A DNA stretch of 64,000 bases, taken from NCBI GenBank assembly GCA_951406725.2, contig OX597827.1, positions 44,144,001 through 44,208,000 on the forward strand, written 5' to 3'. The translations under genes and the position numbers were made by a program. The notes beneath the pieces were generated by a model. The model was not told the DNA's origin, made no database searches, and saw nothing but the letters and a program-made list of their open reading frames with translations. Numbering within the stretch: position 1 is the first letter of the stretch; each line of letters opens with the position of its first letter. This DNA comes from Octopus vulgaris. Taxonomy: Eukaryota. Shown here piece by piece: positions 13,900-27,658 of the stretch.

Positions 13900-14599
13900 G
13901 TGTGCGTGTGCGTGTGTGTCTGTAGATGTCTGTGGAAGATTCAGCAATCTTCATTACCATTCAATGGGGAGAAACAACTGGAATGCTTATCGTTAAAACT
14001 GACAAAGAATCCATTTTCCTTTTCGTTGTTTTATTTCTTCTTTCTTATATCGCATTGCGTTTATTTATTGGTTTATTGTATTCTTCTTATTATTATTTTT
14101 TTTGTTTCTGGAAGATTTGTCAATCATGTGACATCTAGGTTATCTTACTTGCTTCACTGCGTAAAATGTCTATTCTGTACTTTTACAATCAAACTCTTCT
14201 ATTAATCTATTCTAATGTTGGCGACTCACATCTTTGGTAACAATGTATTGCTGGCTTAACCCTACGTCGTTTTCAATAGCTAAGAGATTACAAGCAAAGA
14301 GAAAGAAAATTCTGTGCATTCATGTCAATAGGTTGTTGATTAGCCCCAGGTTAGTCCTGATTGAACAAAGCCAAGATCAAAGGCATTAGAATCGAGGTAT
14401 TGTTTTCAGATATAATATAGTTCAAGGTGCCAAGGTTAACTCCGGACAACTTAATTGGTGTATCTTGCACGGACGCGGCATGGCTGAATAGTTATGGAGT
14501 TTGCTTCACGATAACAATATGCCGGGTTCGAATTCATTACGTGGTGCATACACACATACATACTTTAAAATGTCACTAAGTTCAAACACAGCCGAACAA

Positions 14600-14990
14600 A
14601 AATTGTTGTGCGAGACCACTAAGAAAATATGTTTTGTTGTGGAAATCAGCAGCCTTCAGGACACCAATGTGCTTTAAAACATACAAGAAAAAGAGGATAT
14701 CTATAGACATTTGATAAAGAGATTCCAAATCCAGTATCCAAGATACACTTTCAGCTTCATAGCTGTTATTGTTAGAACCAAAGGATACATACTAACACGT
14801 CTGGAGCAAAGTATGGCTAAACTTGGGTTCTTGGGAAAATATCGCAAATAGCTTAATTCATACACTACATATGCTCATACTATCTGGAACTATAAAAATC
14901 TGCAAGACCTTCTAAATGTTTTCTCTCACAGTCTTGCTACCAAGCAGGAAGCCGGTCAAAATTTATTCTAAATTACAAAAAGAGAACATG
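14600..14990 (+). mobile_element. Old 3' fragment of R4-like RLE LINE followed by (CATA)n
   Basis: Similar to 29440-29740 (tgtggaaatcagc.gcc, atccag.at.caag, ggaact.taaaaat). Confidence 0.55.
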
Positions 14991-15819
14991 CATACATACA
15001 TACATACATACATACATACATACATACATACATACATACATACATGCACGCAGAGGCTATGCATTTGCAATCCAAGAACACAAGATTGCTACAAAATACC
15101 CTATATACAAACGATACAGTGAAGTTCTTGTTACTCAAAGATACAACCGAAAATGTCAATTATGTCACATTTCTAAAGAAGACATCACACCTCTGATCAG
15201 TAGCCGCCCAGAAATGTCATCAGATACTGTCTCTTTATATCATACGACGTTGTCGCTAAAACTATATACAATGTCATCCGCAAAAAAAATAAATTATTGT
15301 CCTGGGTTAAATATAGATAACTCCACCCTGTTATTGAATAGTGGTAGAATATCTTTATCAAAAACCAGATTATATATTCATATTTATAGCAATAATGATT
15401 GGTACATTTGGTTTTGGGAATAAATTCCTAAGTGACAATCTGGAAAAGCTACAGTGTTCAGAAAAAGAAATCAACCAATTCACATATTACAAAAACAATC
15501 TGTAAGAAGGACGTTAAAAATATGCAAGACTTTTCTCAATCTAAAATGTATACTGTTAACGTATAACTTCCATCGACTGCATTCCCCAACTAGTAGAGGA
15601 CGGTGAGTGCCTCACGGCACAAGTTTCTGTTTTAGCTGTATTTCTCGACCAGTAGAACCTGTCCTTTTCATAAGAAGCGAGGAGTATGTGCTCCAGTTCC
15701 GTTAGATATATCTTGGGACAAGTTTACGATCGTCAGGCGGTGTATACTACAGAGTATGCATCAGCTACTTCTGTCTGATCTTTCAGAGACAGCTCCCAAT
15801 TATTGTTGTTGTTGTTGTA

Positions 15820-16240
15820 TCTATACTAACACTGCGCGCGTAAGCGAAGCATGGTTTTTAATCACTCGTATTTGTCTGTTTGTCTGTGTGTTTGCAAAAT
15901 TACTGGAAAACGGCTGAACGGATTTTCATTAAAAGTGGCAGAACTACTCATTGAATGAGGGGCTCAAAATTGGATTTTCATTAAAAGTGGCAGAACTACT
16001 CATTGAATGAGGGGCTCATTAAATTGTGATTTGATTATCTTCAAAACTGGCGGACGGGTGAATCAAAATGTTTTGTTTTCCTTTGTTATACATGCATAAA
16101 AGATAAGCAGGGGAAATAACACTTGATGTCATTTTGTTGAAATATGAATCCGTCTGAGAATATAGTTATTAAACTAAATTTATTTTATCCTTGTGTGCGT
16201 TCAGGGTGTGCATCGTCCCTCCGACGCGTTTTTCATTTCT
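15820..16240. mobile_element. Non-autonomous Helentron/DINE-1-like element with internal 42-bp tandem duplication
   Basis: tgtctgtttgtctgt microsatellite followed by ggctgaacggattttcatt; ggattttcattaaaagtggcagaactactcattgaatgagggg duplicated. Confidence 0.45.
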
Positions 16241-16657
16241 TCAGTTCTAATTTAGGCAGCGGATCCGACCGTAGTACTTGACAGGAGATTTATTTTATCA
16301 AAAAGCCAGATGGAATCCATCAGTGTTTGAAATCAAAATATAAAGAGCCCTCGGAACGAATATTGTATCTTTTCCAACGCTGTTGCTGTGGTTTCTGTAT
16401 TGCTACATTCTATGACCAGAACCTGGCGTCAGAACTTGGCATACATATTCTTCAGACAAAAGCGTTCGTCATTTTGAAGCTCTGACTATAAGGGTGATAC
16501 ACATGCACTCAGCTCTCAGTGCATTGCTTCTTATAGCAGAAACAGCTGTAAGGTAGTGAAGTTCATTACAAAATTTCTTGTTCTCGTGGCAAATATTTAA
16601 TATCTTATATATATATACAAATGTGTGTATGAATATACATATACAAATACATACATA

Positions 16658-16828
16658 GGTGCAGGAGTGGCTGTGTGGTAAGTAGCTTGCTAACCAACCA
16701 CATGGTTGCGGGTTCAGTCCCACTGCGTGGCATCTTGGGCAAGTGTCTTCTGCTATAGCCCCGGGCCGACCAATGCCTTGTGAGTGGATTTGGTAGACGG
16801 AAACTGAAAGAAGCCTGTCGTATATATG

Positions 16829-16859
<31 letters not shown>

Positions 16860-17075
16860 TTGTGTGTCTGTGTTTGTCCCCCTAGCATTGCTTGACAACC
16901 GATGCTGGTGTGTCTACGTCCCCGCCACTTAGCGGTTCGGCAAAAGAGACCGATAGAATAAGTACTGGGCTTACAAAGAATAAGTCCCGGGGTCGATTTG
17001 ATCGACTAAAGGCGGTGTTCCAGCATGGCCGCAGTCAAATGACTGAAACAAGTAAAAGAGTAAAAGAGTAAAGAG
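16658..17075 (+). mobile_element. Full-length tRNA-derived SINE family B (CORE-like)
   Basis: A/B boxes (tggctgtgtggt; gggttcagtccc), cttgggcaagtgtcttc core, internal (TG)n, tail gactgaaacaagtaaaagag. Confidence 0.88.
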
Positions 17076-17099
17076 TATATATATATACATATACATACA

Positions 17100-17497
17100 T
17101 ATATTTTCAGTAAAAACAATTAAGATTCAAGTGAGTTCCAATGAATTCACATGAATGCGGTACTTAACTTAGATGCACCAGAAATCTATATGGTATTAAC
17201 CATAAAATAATGTGGGGTGATTATAAACAAGAAAAGAGCAACAAGAATGGATTAGTTGTTCAGTACAATTGTTTCATACGAAGAACAGCTTTATTAAAAG
17301 CTGCAAATATTGCAGCAAATACAAGTGTCCCGTATTCATCAGCCAAAACACATATGAGTTTTCCAAACAAACTGTGTTTTGGCTGATGAATACGGGACAC
17401 TTGTATTTGCTGCAATATTTGCAGCTTTTAATAAAGCTGTTCTTCGTATGAAACAATTGTACTGAACAACTAATCCATTCTTGTTGCTTTTTTCTTG
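17100..17497. mobile_element. HHR-bearing pLTR-like element folded back into a ~270-bp palindrome
   Basis: Arms 17228-17352 and 17374-17497; homologous to 62580-62736. Confidence 0.8.
17378..17466 (+). ncRNA. Type I hammerhead motif (mirror copy on the minus strand at ~17258-17346)
   Basis: tttgg-CTGATGA-atacgg...ttcgtat-GAAA-caattg-TA-ctgaa. Confidence 0.75.
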
Positions 17498-17607
17498 TGT
17501 ATACATACATATATGTATGTATGTTTGTATATATGTATGTATGTATATCTACGTACATATATACATATATATACACATATACACATAAATTTAGATATAG
17601 ATGAATA

Positions 17608-17667
<60 letters not shown>

Positions 17668-17774
17668 AATATGTATATATACGCACATAGATATGTAGGT
17701 ATACACACACGTATGTGTTTATATATATATATATATATATTTGTATATGTAAATGTATGTATGTTATATATGCT

Positions 17775-17806
<32 letters not shown>

Positions 17807-18413
17807 CCTTTTTTTATATCTTTATCAAAGGGTTATTATCAATTCCGTATCAATACCACTTTGGAAATCTTGTAGAATTGTCCAGTGTTTAATGGCATCA
17901 AGAGCTGTAAAATCTGCCTGCAACGATACTGCTTCCGCAACACCACCACTATATCGCCACCGATACTGGCATGTATGTATGTATGTATGTATGTATATTT
18001 TGTGCTTCTAATTAGGTAGACGTACGTAATTAGAGGCATAAAAGCTTACATGCACACAGATACATACATACATACATACATACATACATACATACATACA
18101 TACATACATACATACATACATACATACATACATGCATAAATACATACATACATATATTCATACATTCATACATACATTTCTACATACATACATATATCCA
18201 CGCAAATGTATATAAGCACGCAATCATACACACAAACACACACACATGCCTACATACATACAAACATACATACATATATATATATATACATATATATACA
18301 CACACATACATACATACATACATACTTACATACACAAACACATACATACATATATATATATATACATATAATACACATGCATACATATATACATATACAC
18401 ACACATACATATA

Positions 18414-18447
<34 letters not shown>

Positions 18448-18559
18448 CATACATATATATATACATACACACATACATACATACATACATACATACATAC
18501 ATACATACATACATACACACATATACATACACATACATACATACATACACACGCATACA

Positions 18560-18597
<38 letters not shown>

Positions 18598-18706
18598 CTC
18601 ACACATTCATACATACATACATACATACATACATACATACATACATACATACATAGAACGATACGAATATACACCTACAGATATGTGCACATACATCATA
18701 AATACA

Positions 18707-18740
<34 letters not shown>

Positions 18741-19107
18741 GCTGTGACTTCGGCAATCAGTCGTTCCACTTAATTCTTGCGGTAGGAAAAGCAGAACACG
18801 ACTGCGACAGCTGCGTTTAGCTGAAGGCTGGTCATTAATGGAGACGGAAGACCATTTGTGAAAGCGTGTACTAATAAATTTGCGAATGTGTGTACGAACG
18901 GGCGTATGTGTTCGTGTGCTCATGTGTGTGCGTTTATGTATGCATGCGTGAGGTTCTGTGTGCGTGTATGAAAGAGGGGAGGTGTTTACTGTGGTAGGTA
19001 CGCGTGGTGGAATACGCTTAGCATAATAACATAATCATGGATTGTGCTACCAGTCGGCTATAGTTATCGAAAATCCTACTGCACAGTGATCACAATAGGT
19101 GGTTTCC

Positions 19108-19143
<36 letters not shown>

Positions 19144-19352
19144 TACACGCGTGCGTGCGTTCAGACAAGTAAAACGCACACACACACACGCACGCATATA
19201 CGCACACACACACACACACACGCACAAATAGATGGATAGATGAGTAGACAGCCACACATACGGAGATACAGGCAGACAGACAGATAGACTGATAAACAGA
19301 GAGAGAAAGAGACAGACAGACAGAAACAGATAAAGACAGACAGACAAACAGG

Positions 19353-19393
<41 letters not shown>

Positions 19394-19468
19394 GATAAAC
19401 ATCTATGCATACTCACAAAATCCATATATATACATATATATATATATACGTATATATATATCATATAT

Positions 19469-19511
<43 letters not shown>

Positions 19512-19519
19512 TATGTATA

Positions 19520-19551
<32 letters not shown>

Positions 19552-19683
19552 CTATATATTTATATATATATATGTATGTATGTATGTATATATATATATC
19601 ATATGTATATATCCATATATATCTGACATATGTATATATATGCACTCATATGCGCACGCACACACACATACCTATATTTACAC

Positions 19684-19722
<39 letters not shown>

Positions 19723-19760
19723 CATACATGCATACATACATACATACATACATACATACA

Positions 19761-19792
<32 letters not shown>

Positions 19793-21040
19793 AATATATA
19801 TATACATATATATATATATACAACATGTGTGTATGTGCGTACAGATGTATACATAAATATATATGTAATGAGAGTGATCATTATCTCCTCTGCTATTCAC
19901 GGACCTGCGAATCTGGTTCCTTGAAAACTGGAACTTGCTACTCTTCTTGCTGCCTCGGCTGCTATCTACTGCATTCTTTTCTCGATTTCTTTCTCAGGCT
20001 TTCCATTTTATCGGGGCAAAATTCCTTTAAGCGTTTCTCACTACGAAATATTTAGCAGGAAATAAATCTTTTACCCTTTCCCCATCAGTTTTATATCGTT
20101 TGTCGCGGCGCCCTAATCATGCCCATGCAGGTTCCGTAAGACCCTGTGACCTTCGAGTGCCATCAGGATTAGCAAATTCAATATGACGTCCTTTGACTAG
20201 ATGTAACCTCGAGTCAGCCGTACTTTATCCATCCATCAATCCATCCATCCATTCATCTTATCTGGTCGAGTGACTTGCCGAGACTAATGCAACTCTTCTA
20301 TGCCGCTAGATGTCCTGATCTTACGTAACAGTCCTCATATCGTCTACTGGTTATCCAGCATCTTCCACAAACTGATTGACATATACCCTTCTCGGTCAGA
20401 CGATGCCTCTATGTACATTCGTTGGTTTCCAGAGAAGGAGACCGCTAAAAGGAAGCTTAACTTCATACACGTAAACGTTTCGTGCCGGACACAATCTGTC
20501 TTGGCAGCAACAGCTTACAAAAGCAGCGAGTGTATAACAGACTTCCAACCATCACTTCAGTAATCAGAGGAAATAAAAATGCGTTATGCATGACACTGTT
20601 GGAGAAACAAGGATGAAATATCAAACAATCACCCATCGATACTGTGATACAGATATGACAGCCACCATTGAGCCATATCATTTCCAATGTACTTTATTGT
20701 AATCCTATTTTTTCTGTCGCATATAATGGGACCAAGAATATCGAATAATTTCAGCTTGTATTTCTTGCTTTTTTTTTTTTTGTGGGGCGAGTAGCTGAAT
20801 CTTTGTTCTTGGAAGTACAGCAGACGGTCCCATTGATCACCACTCCCACCCCAGAGAAATAGTTTCGATTGACAGGATTTCTCATGAAGTTTCACATTGT
20901 GTTTTTTTTTTTCTAATTGCTAACTTAGTAGTAATCCTATTTTGTCCGACCCACGAGCAATTTTGCTGTGTTGCCGTCCTAATAATAATAATAATAATAA
21001 CAACAACAACAACAACAACAACAATAATAATAATAATAAC

Positions 21041-21096
<56 letters not shown>

Positions 21097-21214
21097 GGAT
21101 GACAGGCAAAGTCGACCTCGGTGGAATTTGAACATAACGAAATTCCGCTAAACATTTTGCCTAGCGTGCTAACGATTCTGCTAGCTCAATGGCTTCAAAT
21201 TTTGGTACAAGGCT

Positions 21215-22510
21215 AATGGCCCTCAATACTGAGATGAACCCGCAGAATAGAATTGCTGTTATATACCCCCTGGCGGTACCAGTTGTCCAGTATAGCCTTA
21301 ATGTCATCAGTTGGAAGCTGAGTGAGCTCCAGCGTATGGACATAAAGACCAGGAAACAGCTAACATTAAACAGGATGCATCACCCAAAATCAGTCTACAG
21401 GCTCTATCTCCCACGAAAGGAGGGCGGTAGAGGTCTCACCCAACTTTAAACGTCCTATAAAACGACCACGATAGCACTCCGACTGTACATCCAAAATAAC
21501 ACCGATTGGATGATACAGCTGGTAAGAAATCATGAATAGGATATGAAACTGCACTTAGTCTCAAAGGAGACATAAAAATACAGACGAGAGCTTAGCCTCC
21601 CTGGTTATAATGATGATAAGGAAACACTACCCACTAAGGCAGCAGAAAAGAAAAAAGTGTAAAACAAAAGCCATATAGGAAAGCTTAAAGGGTATGTCGA
21701 GAATGTGGCAAGAAAAGCCATTGCTTTTCTTGCAAACATGAGAAGAACCTACCAGTGGTTGCGGAACACTGATTTGAAAGCTGAAATAGAAGGATTTATC
21801 CTAACGGCATAAGGCCAGGGTTTCCTCACCCACAATTATCAAATGTATGTCTTGACAAAGGGGCAGGCACAAAGTGTATATTCTGCGATGACAAACTAGA
21901 GAGGATTGACCACATTGTAGCTTGTTGCTCAGCCCTTGCACCTACAGAGTATGAAACCAGGTATGATCGAGTCGGCCATAACTCGCACAGGACCACGTGC
22001 CGTCACTATGATACCTCACACCCTAAGAACTAGTATGAACCCTATCCACAGTCAGTCACTGAAAGAGAGAGAGAGAGAAAGAGAGAGAGAGACTGTTACT
22101 ATCATATGGGATTATGGGATACTTATAGACAGACAAAAAAATGACAACAGGCCAGGCATCGTCATCAAATATCTTCCTTTGGAATCTAAGTATTCGGGTT
22201 TAGTGTTTCCTAAAAATTCAGGATAAGCGAACAGATATCAGAGTGAAAAATTGTATTAAAATATACGTCTTTTGACAAAAATACATCTCTGAAAACGTTT
22301 GAAAAATTGAGCAATATAAGGAATTGGGGACAGAAATAGGAAGAATGTGGCATCTCAAAACAAGTTTATCTATTTTTATTGGAGCACTTGGAATGATATC
22401 AAAAACGAACAAACTAATATGTGGAGCAAATTCTTGGCAACCCAAAAATAAGTGACTTGCAGATCATATTTATGTGTAACTCACATATTTTATGGCCATT
22501 TCTTTCCGTG
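21215..22510 (+). mobile_element. Degenerate R4/Dong-clade non-LTR retrotransposon (thumb, CCHC knuckle, RLE)
   Basis: AVPVVQYSLNVISWKLSELQRMDIKTRKQLTLNRMHHPKS..RLYLPRKEGGRGL; CIFCDDKLERIDHIVACC; IIWDY..NRPGIVI; IGALGMISK. Confidence 0.88.
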
Positions 22511-22769
22511 TAAATGTGATCTTACTCATTCGGTGTTATTATAAAGTTTATGAAGACATATTCTTTTACATGTAAGCATCATGTTTTTGTTGTTTTTGTT
22601 TTTGTTTTTGCTTTTTTCAGTTCCATAGCACTTCGCCTGTGGTTGAAACATGAGTGCAGCTTCACTGGTTGAATAACAGCAACCAGAACGGAGAAGAAGA
22701 AGAAGAAGAAGAAGAAGAAGAAGAAGAAGAAGAAGAAGAAGAAGAAGAAGAAGAAGAAGAAGAAGAAGA

Positions 22770-23700
22770 ATTCAATTTTTATTGGCTCAAAAAGCAAAAG
22801 CAAGGCCATGTAGGGGAACGGGGAGTTATGTACAGGGAGGGTGGTCATACAAAGAGTTCAGGCCATTTCTGGTCAAGAGAGAATTTGAACCGAGCGGTCG
22901 TCGGCATCTTCACTATCTCGTCCGGCAGCTTATTCCACGGATCTGCAACCCGGACGAAGAAAGCCCCTCTCCTTCGATTGAGAAGAAATCGTCGTAGATA
23001 GAGCTTTTCGGAGTGACCCCGCAGCCCACGCTCTGGAGTAGGAGTGAAGAACAGCTCTGGAGTAGGAGTGAAGAACAGCTCTGGAGTAGGAGTGAAGAAC
23101 AGCTCTGGAGTAGGAGTGAAGAACAGCTCTTTCGAGAGGTTACACTTTCTGCTTATAATGTTGTGAGCGAGAATGAGATCACCACGGCGTCGTCGTTTTT
23201 CGAGAGAATAAAGGTCGAGCATCTTCAGCCTTTCTTCAAAAGACAAATGCTTGAGACCAAGAACCATGCGGGTAGCCAGCTTCTGAACTCTTTCGAGATG
23301 ATGTATGTCTTTGAGGAGACAAGGAGAAGAGACCAATATGGTCTCACTTGCGTGACATAGAGCGGTAGGAATGTGGCTGCTGTGAGCATTCCGAAACAGA
23401 ACTCCGCGTGCTTTGTTGGCTGCATGGACGCATTGGGCCGAAGGCGAAAAGGAAGAATCCACCAAGATACCCAGGTCCTTTACTTGGTCGGTCTTCTCCA
23501 ACAGCAGACGACCCGACTCGAAATCAAATTGAGTTGCAGGAGAGGAGCCAACAGGCAGATGACAGCACTTTGACACGTTCAGACACAGGTCCCATTCGTT
23601 TGACCATCTCCAAACTTGGTGGAGGCATCAACGAAGATCATCTATATCACTGCGAGGAGCGAAGTTTGACATCGTCGGCAAATAGAAGGGTGTGTTGCAT
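22770..23700 (-). mobile_element. CR1-group LINE 3' part (RT C-terminus) with (TTC)n tail
   Basis: LFADDVKL; KDLGILVDSSFSPSAQC; LERVQKLATRMV..LYSLEKRRRRGDLI; RGH..RVADPWNKLP. Confidence 0.88.
23029..23130. repeat. 24-bp in-frame minisatellite inside the LINE ORF
   Basis: (ctctggagtaggagtgaagaacag)x4 encodes (ELFFTPTP)n. Confidence 0.95.
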
Positions 23701-23859
23701 CACCATCATCAAGAAGAAGAAGAATGATTTCAAATTTTGGTACAAGGCCAGCAATTCCGGGGAGGGAGTAAGTCGAATGCATCGATGTCCAGTACTCGAC
23801 TGGTACATATTATTTCGACCCCGAAATGATGAAAGGATGAAATGTTGCTATGGAAGTGT

Positions 23860-24335
23860 TATCATGTACATTGTTTTGTCTTGGTATAAAAGATGGGCTA
23901 CAGCATATATTCTGCTCAATACCAGAGATCTGCTTGTCAGTTGTTTGACCTTGACCAGATGGTAATCTCCCTTAGTGGCTGATGATACGTGCATCTCTGA
24001 TCATGAACAGTAGTAGTGGGGGAGCATCATAGTCGTGTGTTGAAAGGAATTCTTTGGAGTTTGAATAATTTACCTCTGGAAACATGGGTGCTTCGTTCAA
24101 CATCCTTAAACAACCCTTATTACTCGACCTGAAGAAAATTCCTAACTGGGCCCCACCTACAAGGTCATGCGCTGTTTATCTTGGTATGAGATCGCCATGT
24201 CGCGCACATATGGTTGTGATGCATGTGCCTAGTGTACCCTTATCAGATGGGTAGTCATGATGGGGTATACTGGGGCTTCGTATATTCTACCCTAGTGTCA
24301 CTTTGATGGCATGCACTGCTCTCTCACTCAATGAT
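23860..24335 (+). mobile_element. Family E retroposon 3' region ending ...ctctctcactc(AAT/GAT)n
   Basis: Near-identical to 40597-41061, 41064-41586 and 56840-57035; a short 3' copy lies at 24432-24525. Confidence 0.8.
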
Positions 24336-24384
24336 GATGGTGATGATGATGGTGATGATGATGATGATGATGATGATGATGGTG

Positions 24385-24431
<47 letters not shown>

Positions 24432-25722
24432 CAGAGGGGTAGTCATGATGGGTATACTGGGCTTCGTATATTTTACCCCAGTATCACTTTGATGGCATGC
24501 ACTGCTCTCTCACTCAATAATAATAATAATAGTAATAGTAATAGTAATCCTTTCTAGTATAGGCACAAGGCTTGAAATTCGGTGTGAGGTGGGTTGTTGA
24601 TTACATCATCCACAGTTTTGATTCGTACTTATTTTATCGACCCCGAAAGCATGGAAAGCAAAGACAGTATTTAAACTCAGAAACGCCACTAAGCATTTGG
24701 TCTGTCATTGAGGCGATTTTGATGATGATGTTGATGATGATGAGGAGGAGGAGGGGGAGGAAGAAGGAGAGAGGGGAGGCGAGAGAGAGAGAGGAGTGAG
24801 AGAGAGGAGGTGGAAGGGAGAGAGGAGGAGGAATGAGAGGAGGAGGGGAGAGAGGAGGATGAAAGAGAGAGAGGAGGGGGAAGGAGAGAGTGGAGAAGGA
24901 AGGAGATAGAGTGAGAAAGAGGAGGAGGAGGAGGGAGGGAGAGTAGGAGAGGGATAATATTTGCATAGTGATGATGACGATGATGATAATAATAAAATGA
25001 TAATGACATTGATAACGACGACGATGGTGATGATGGTCATGATGATCATGTTCCTCCTCATCATCATCATTATCATCATCATTATCATCATCATCATCAT
25101 CATCATTATTGTCTTACAGAGCGTTGTTAAATATGACCGAAAATTCCGTGATTCGCTTCCACTCCAAAATCGTTGATACATTCTCAGATGATACACCTTT
25201 CAAGTCAACAGCATTTCTCTCCCTTTACTGCGTGTAATATGGCAACACTAATGCTGAGTGAGATAAGCGATACAAGTTCATTACACTGTTAATTGCCAAA
25301 TACACTCGCACAAATAGATAGAGACACATACAAAGAGATATACACATTCGCATGCATACATGCATATATACACACGCAGAATCCATCAGGCAAACACTTA
25401 CATACATATCTCCATATACACTAGCGATATACTAAAATATATATGTGAGTGTAAATATATACACGTCCGCACGTATATATTTTATAATTTTACTAGTTTG
25501 TCACATTGGACTGCGGCCATGCTGGAACACTCGATTTGAAGGGTTTTTGCGGATGATATCCACCCCAGTATTTAGTTGAATCTCTTACCTATTTTATCGA
25601 TCTCTATGTGTCAAATCGCAACGTGTTGACGCATTAAAGGGCGCAACATATCAGACCCGGATTTTAGAACCGGTGGCAATATAAACAATATAAACGCCCG
25701 GACATAATTATTCTTGTAGATG

Positions 25723-25764
<42 letters not shown>

Positions 25765-25900
25765 TGCAGCGTGGAAGGTGTTTGTAAGCCATTTAAGAAA
25801 TACACAAAAGCCGTTCGATTCACTTCAACATTTAAGTTTAATTTGTCAAAATATTTTCGTCGCTTTAAGACTGCGACCTGTTCACTGACAAAAATCCGTG
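25765..25900 (-). mobile_element. HHR-bearing pLTR-like fragment in (TA)n
   Basis: Contains the hammerhead variant listed below; lies in a segment flanked by (TA)n. Confidence 0.6.
25842..25892 (-). ncRNA. Type I hammerhead motif with G3-C8 swapped core
   Basis: tttgtca-GTGAACA-ggtcgc agtcttaaa gcgac-GAAA-atat-TT-tgacaaa; 7-bp perfect stem I. Confidence 0.65.
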
Positions 25901-25994
25901 CTGCATCTGATGCAGATGTTTTGTCCACACTGCAATTGTTTTCGTTCCAGCACACGATCTCAGATCAAATCACTTGCTATACGAATACATCTCC

Positions 25995-26034
<40 letters not shown>

Positions 26035-26116
26035 CTTGAATGGGGCTTTTACATGCCGAACTCTACTTGGTGAAATTAATGATTATTCCAAATTAATTAA
26101 TTTCACCCTTTATTAT

Positions 26117-26184
<68 letters not shown>

Positions 26185-26429
26185 TGAGAGGGATTGGTGT
26201 CAAGAAGACCCAAAGGTGTCAGGTAATGCTGAGTAAGTGCTATGGACAGACAATAGTTAAGCTCCAGGTTCGATGATGCGAATGGGGAGTCCAACGTAGG
26301 TCGTATATTAGCATGCATACATATATAAATTAACAGAATGAGATAAAAAAAATCCATGGCTGTGTTCTGAAAGCCATTCACAGCCTTGGATTTTTATCTC
26401 ATTCTATTAATTTATATATATATATATAT

Positions 26430-26741
26430 ATGTCCTGTCTTGCCTTCGAAACATGCTATGTCTGCTAGCGACAGCTGATGAAGGGGATTTTTCCTTGTGC
26501 AGCATGTCCTGTACTTCGTTTTTCTGCTGTACATAATTGTTTTCCCCGTTTTCGTTTCGTCTTGTTCCACGTCTCTGTCCTTCTGTTGTAACAAAATGGC
26601 TTTTCCGTTTTCGTTTCCGCTGATTTTTATTTCTTCTTGTGGTGTCCTGTACGTATATATATTTATATATGCATGTATATATACATGTAGATGTCGGTAC
26701 GTACATATATGTTTGTATGTATGCATATATTTTATTTATTA

Positions 26742-26745
<4 letters not shown>
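26430..26745 (+). mobile_element. pLTR-like repeat family Y in (TA)n
   Basis: Homologous in opposite orientation to 58430-58760 (ggtgtcctgtac...acatgtagatgt.ggtacgtac). Confidence 0.6.
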
Positions 26746-26791
<46 letters not shown>

Positions 26792-26799
26792 TTCATGTT

Positions 26800-27143
26800 T
26801 CATCCCTCAGGCTGTAGCCGTGCAGGAGCGCCGCCAGTGTAATCACCCTTTCAATGACCAATGTTATGTGACTAGGGACTTTGATGAAGGAGAGTCTGCT
26901 GCCATCTTTTTGAGTTTCTTGCCTTGGTATTGGTTCATCTGCACCGTTGGAGGTCAAGTTGTTTCTTGATAAAAAAAAGGTGTTAAATAGCTGTGCGCCC
27001 TTGAAGCCCAAACTATTGCAGTACATGGTCTTCGCTCGAGACAGGATAGCTGAGACCTTTGGAAGAGTGCAGTGACGATCAGTTCGGGGACTGGTAGAGT
27101 TCTCAATACCAAATGTTGGCGCCAGCCCTTCCAGGATCGTCCG
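26800..27143 (-). mobile_element. CR1/L2-group LINE 3' fragment (family H)
   Basis: ILEGLAPTFGIEN..RHCTLPK..YCNSLGFKGAQLFN; homologous to 50062-51035. Confidence 0.75.
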
Positions 27144-27159
27144 TACACACACGCACACG

Positions 27160-27254
<95 letters not shown>

Positions 27255-27256
<2 letters not shown>

Positions 27257-27622
27257 TCTTTCTTTACTCTTACTCTTTTACTTGTTTCAGTCATTCGACT
27301 GTGGCTATGCTGGAGTACCGCCTTTAGTCGAGCAAATCGGCTCCAGGACTTATTCTTTGTAAGCCTGGTACTTATTCTATCGGTCTCTTTTGCCGAACTT
27401 ATTCTATCGGTCTCATTTGCAGGGACGTAAGCATACCAGCATCGGTTGCCAAGCGATGTTGGGGACACACATACAGACACACGTACATATACACACACAT
27501 ATACACATATATACATATAGACGATGGGCTTCTTTCAGTTTCCGTCTACCAAATTCACTCACAAGGCTGTGGTCGGCCCGGGGCTTTAGTTGAAGACACT
27601 TGCTCAAGGTGCCACTCCCACG

Positions 27623-27624
<2 letters not shown>
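27255..27624 (-). mobile_element. SINE family B
   Basis: Reverse complement of 16658-17075. Confidence 0.85.
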
Positions 27625-27654
<30 letters not shown>

Positions 27655-27658
<4 letters not shown>

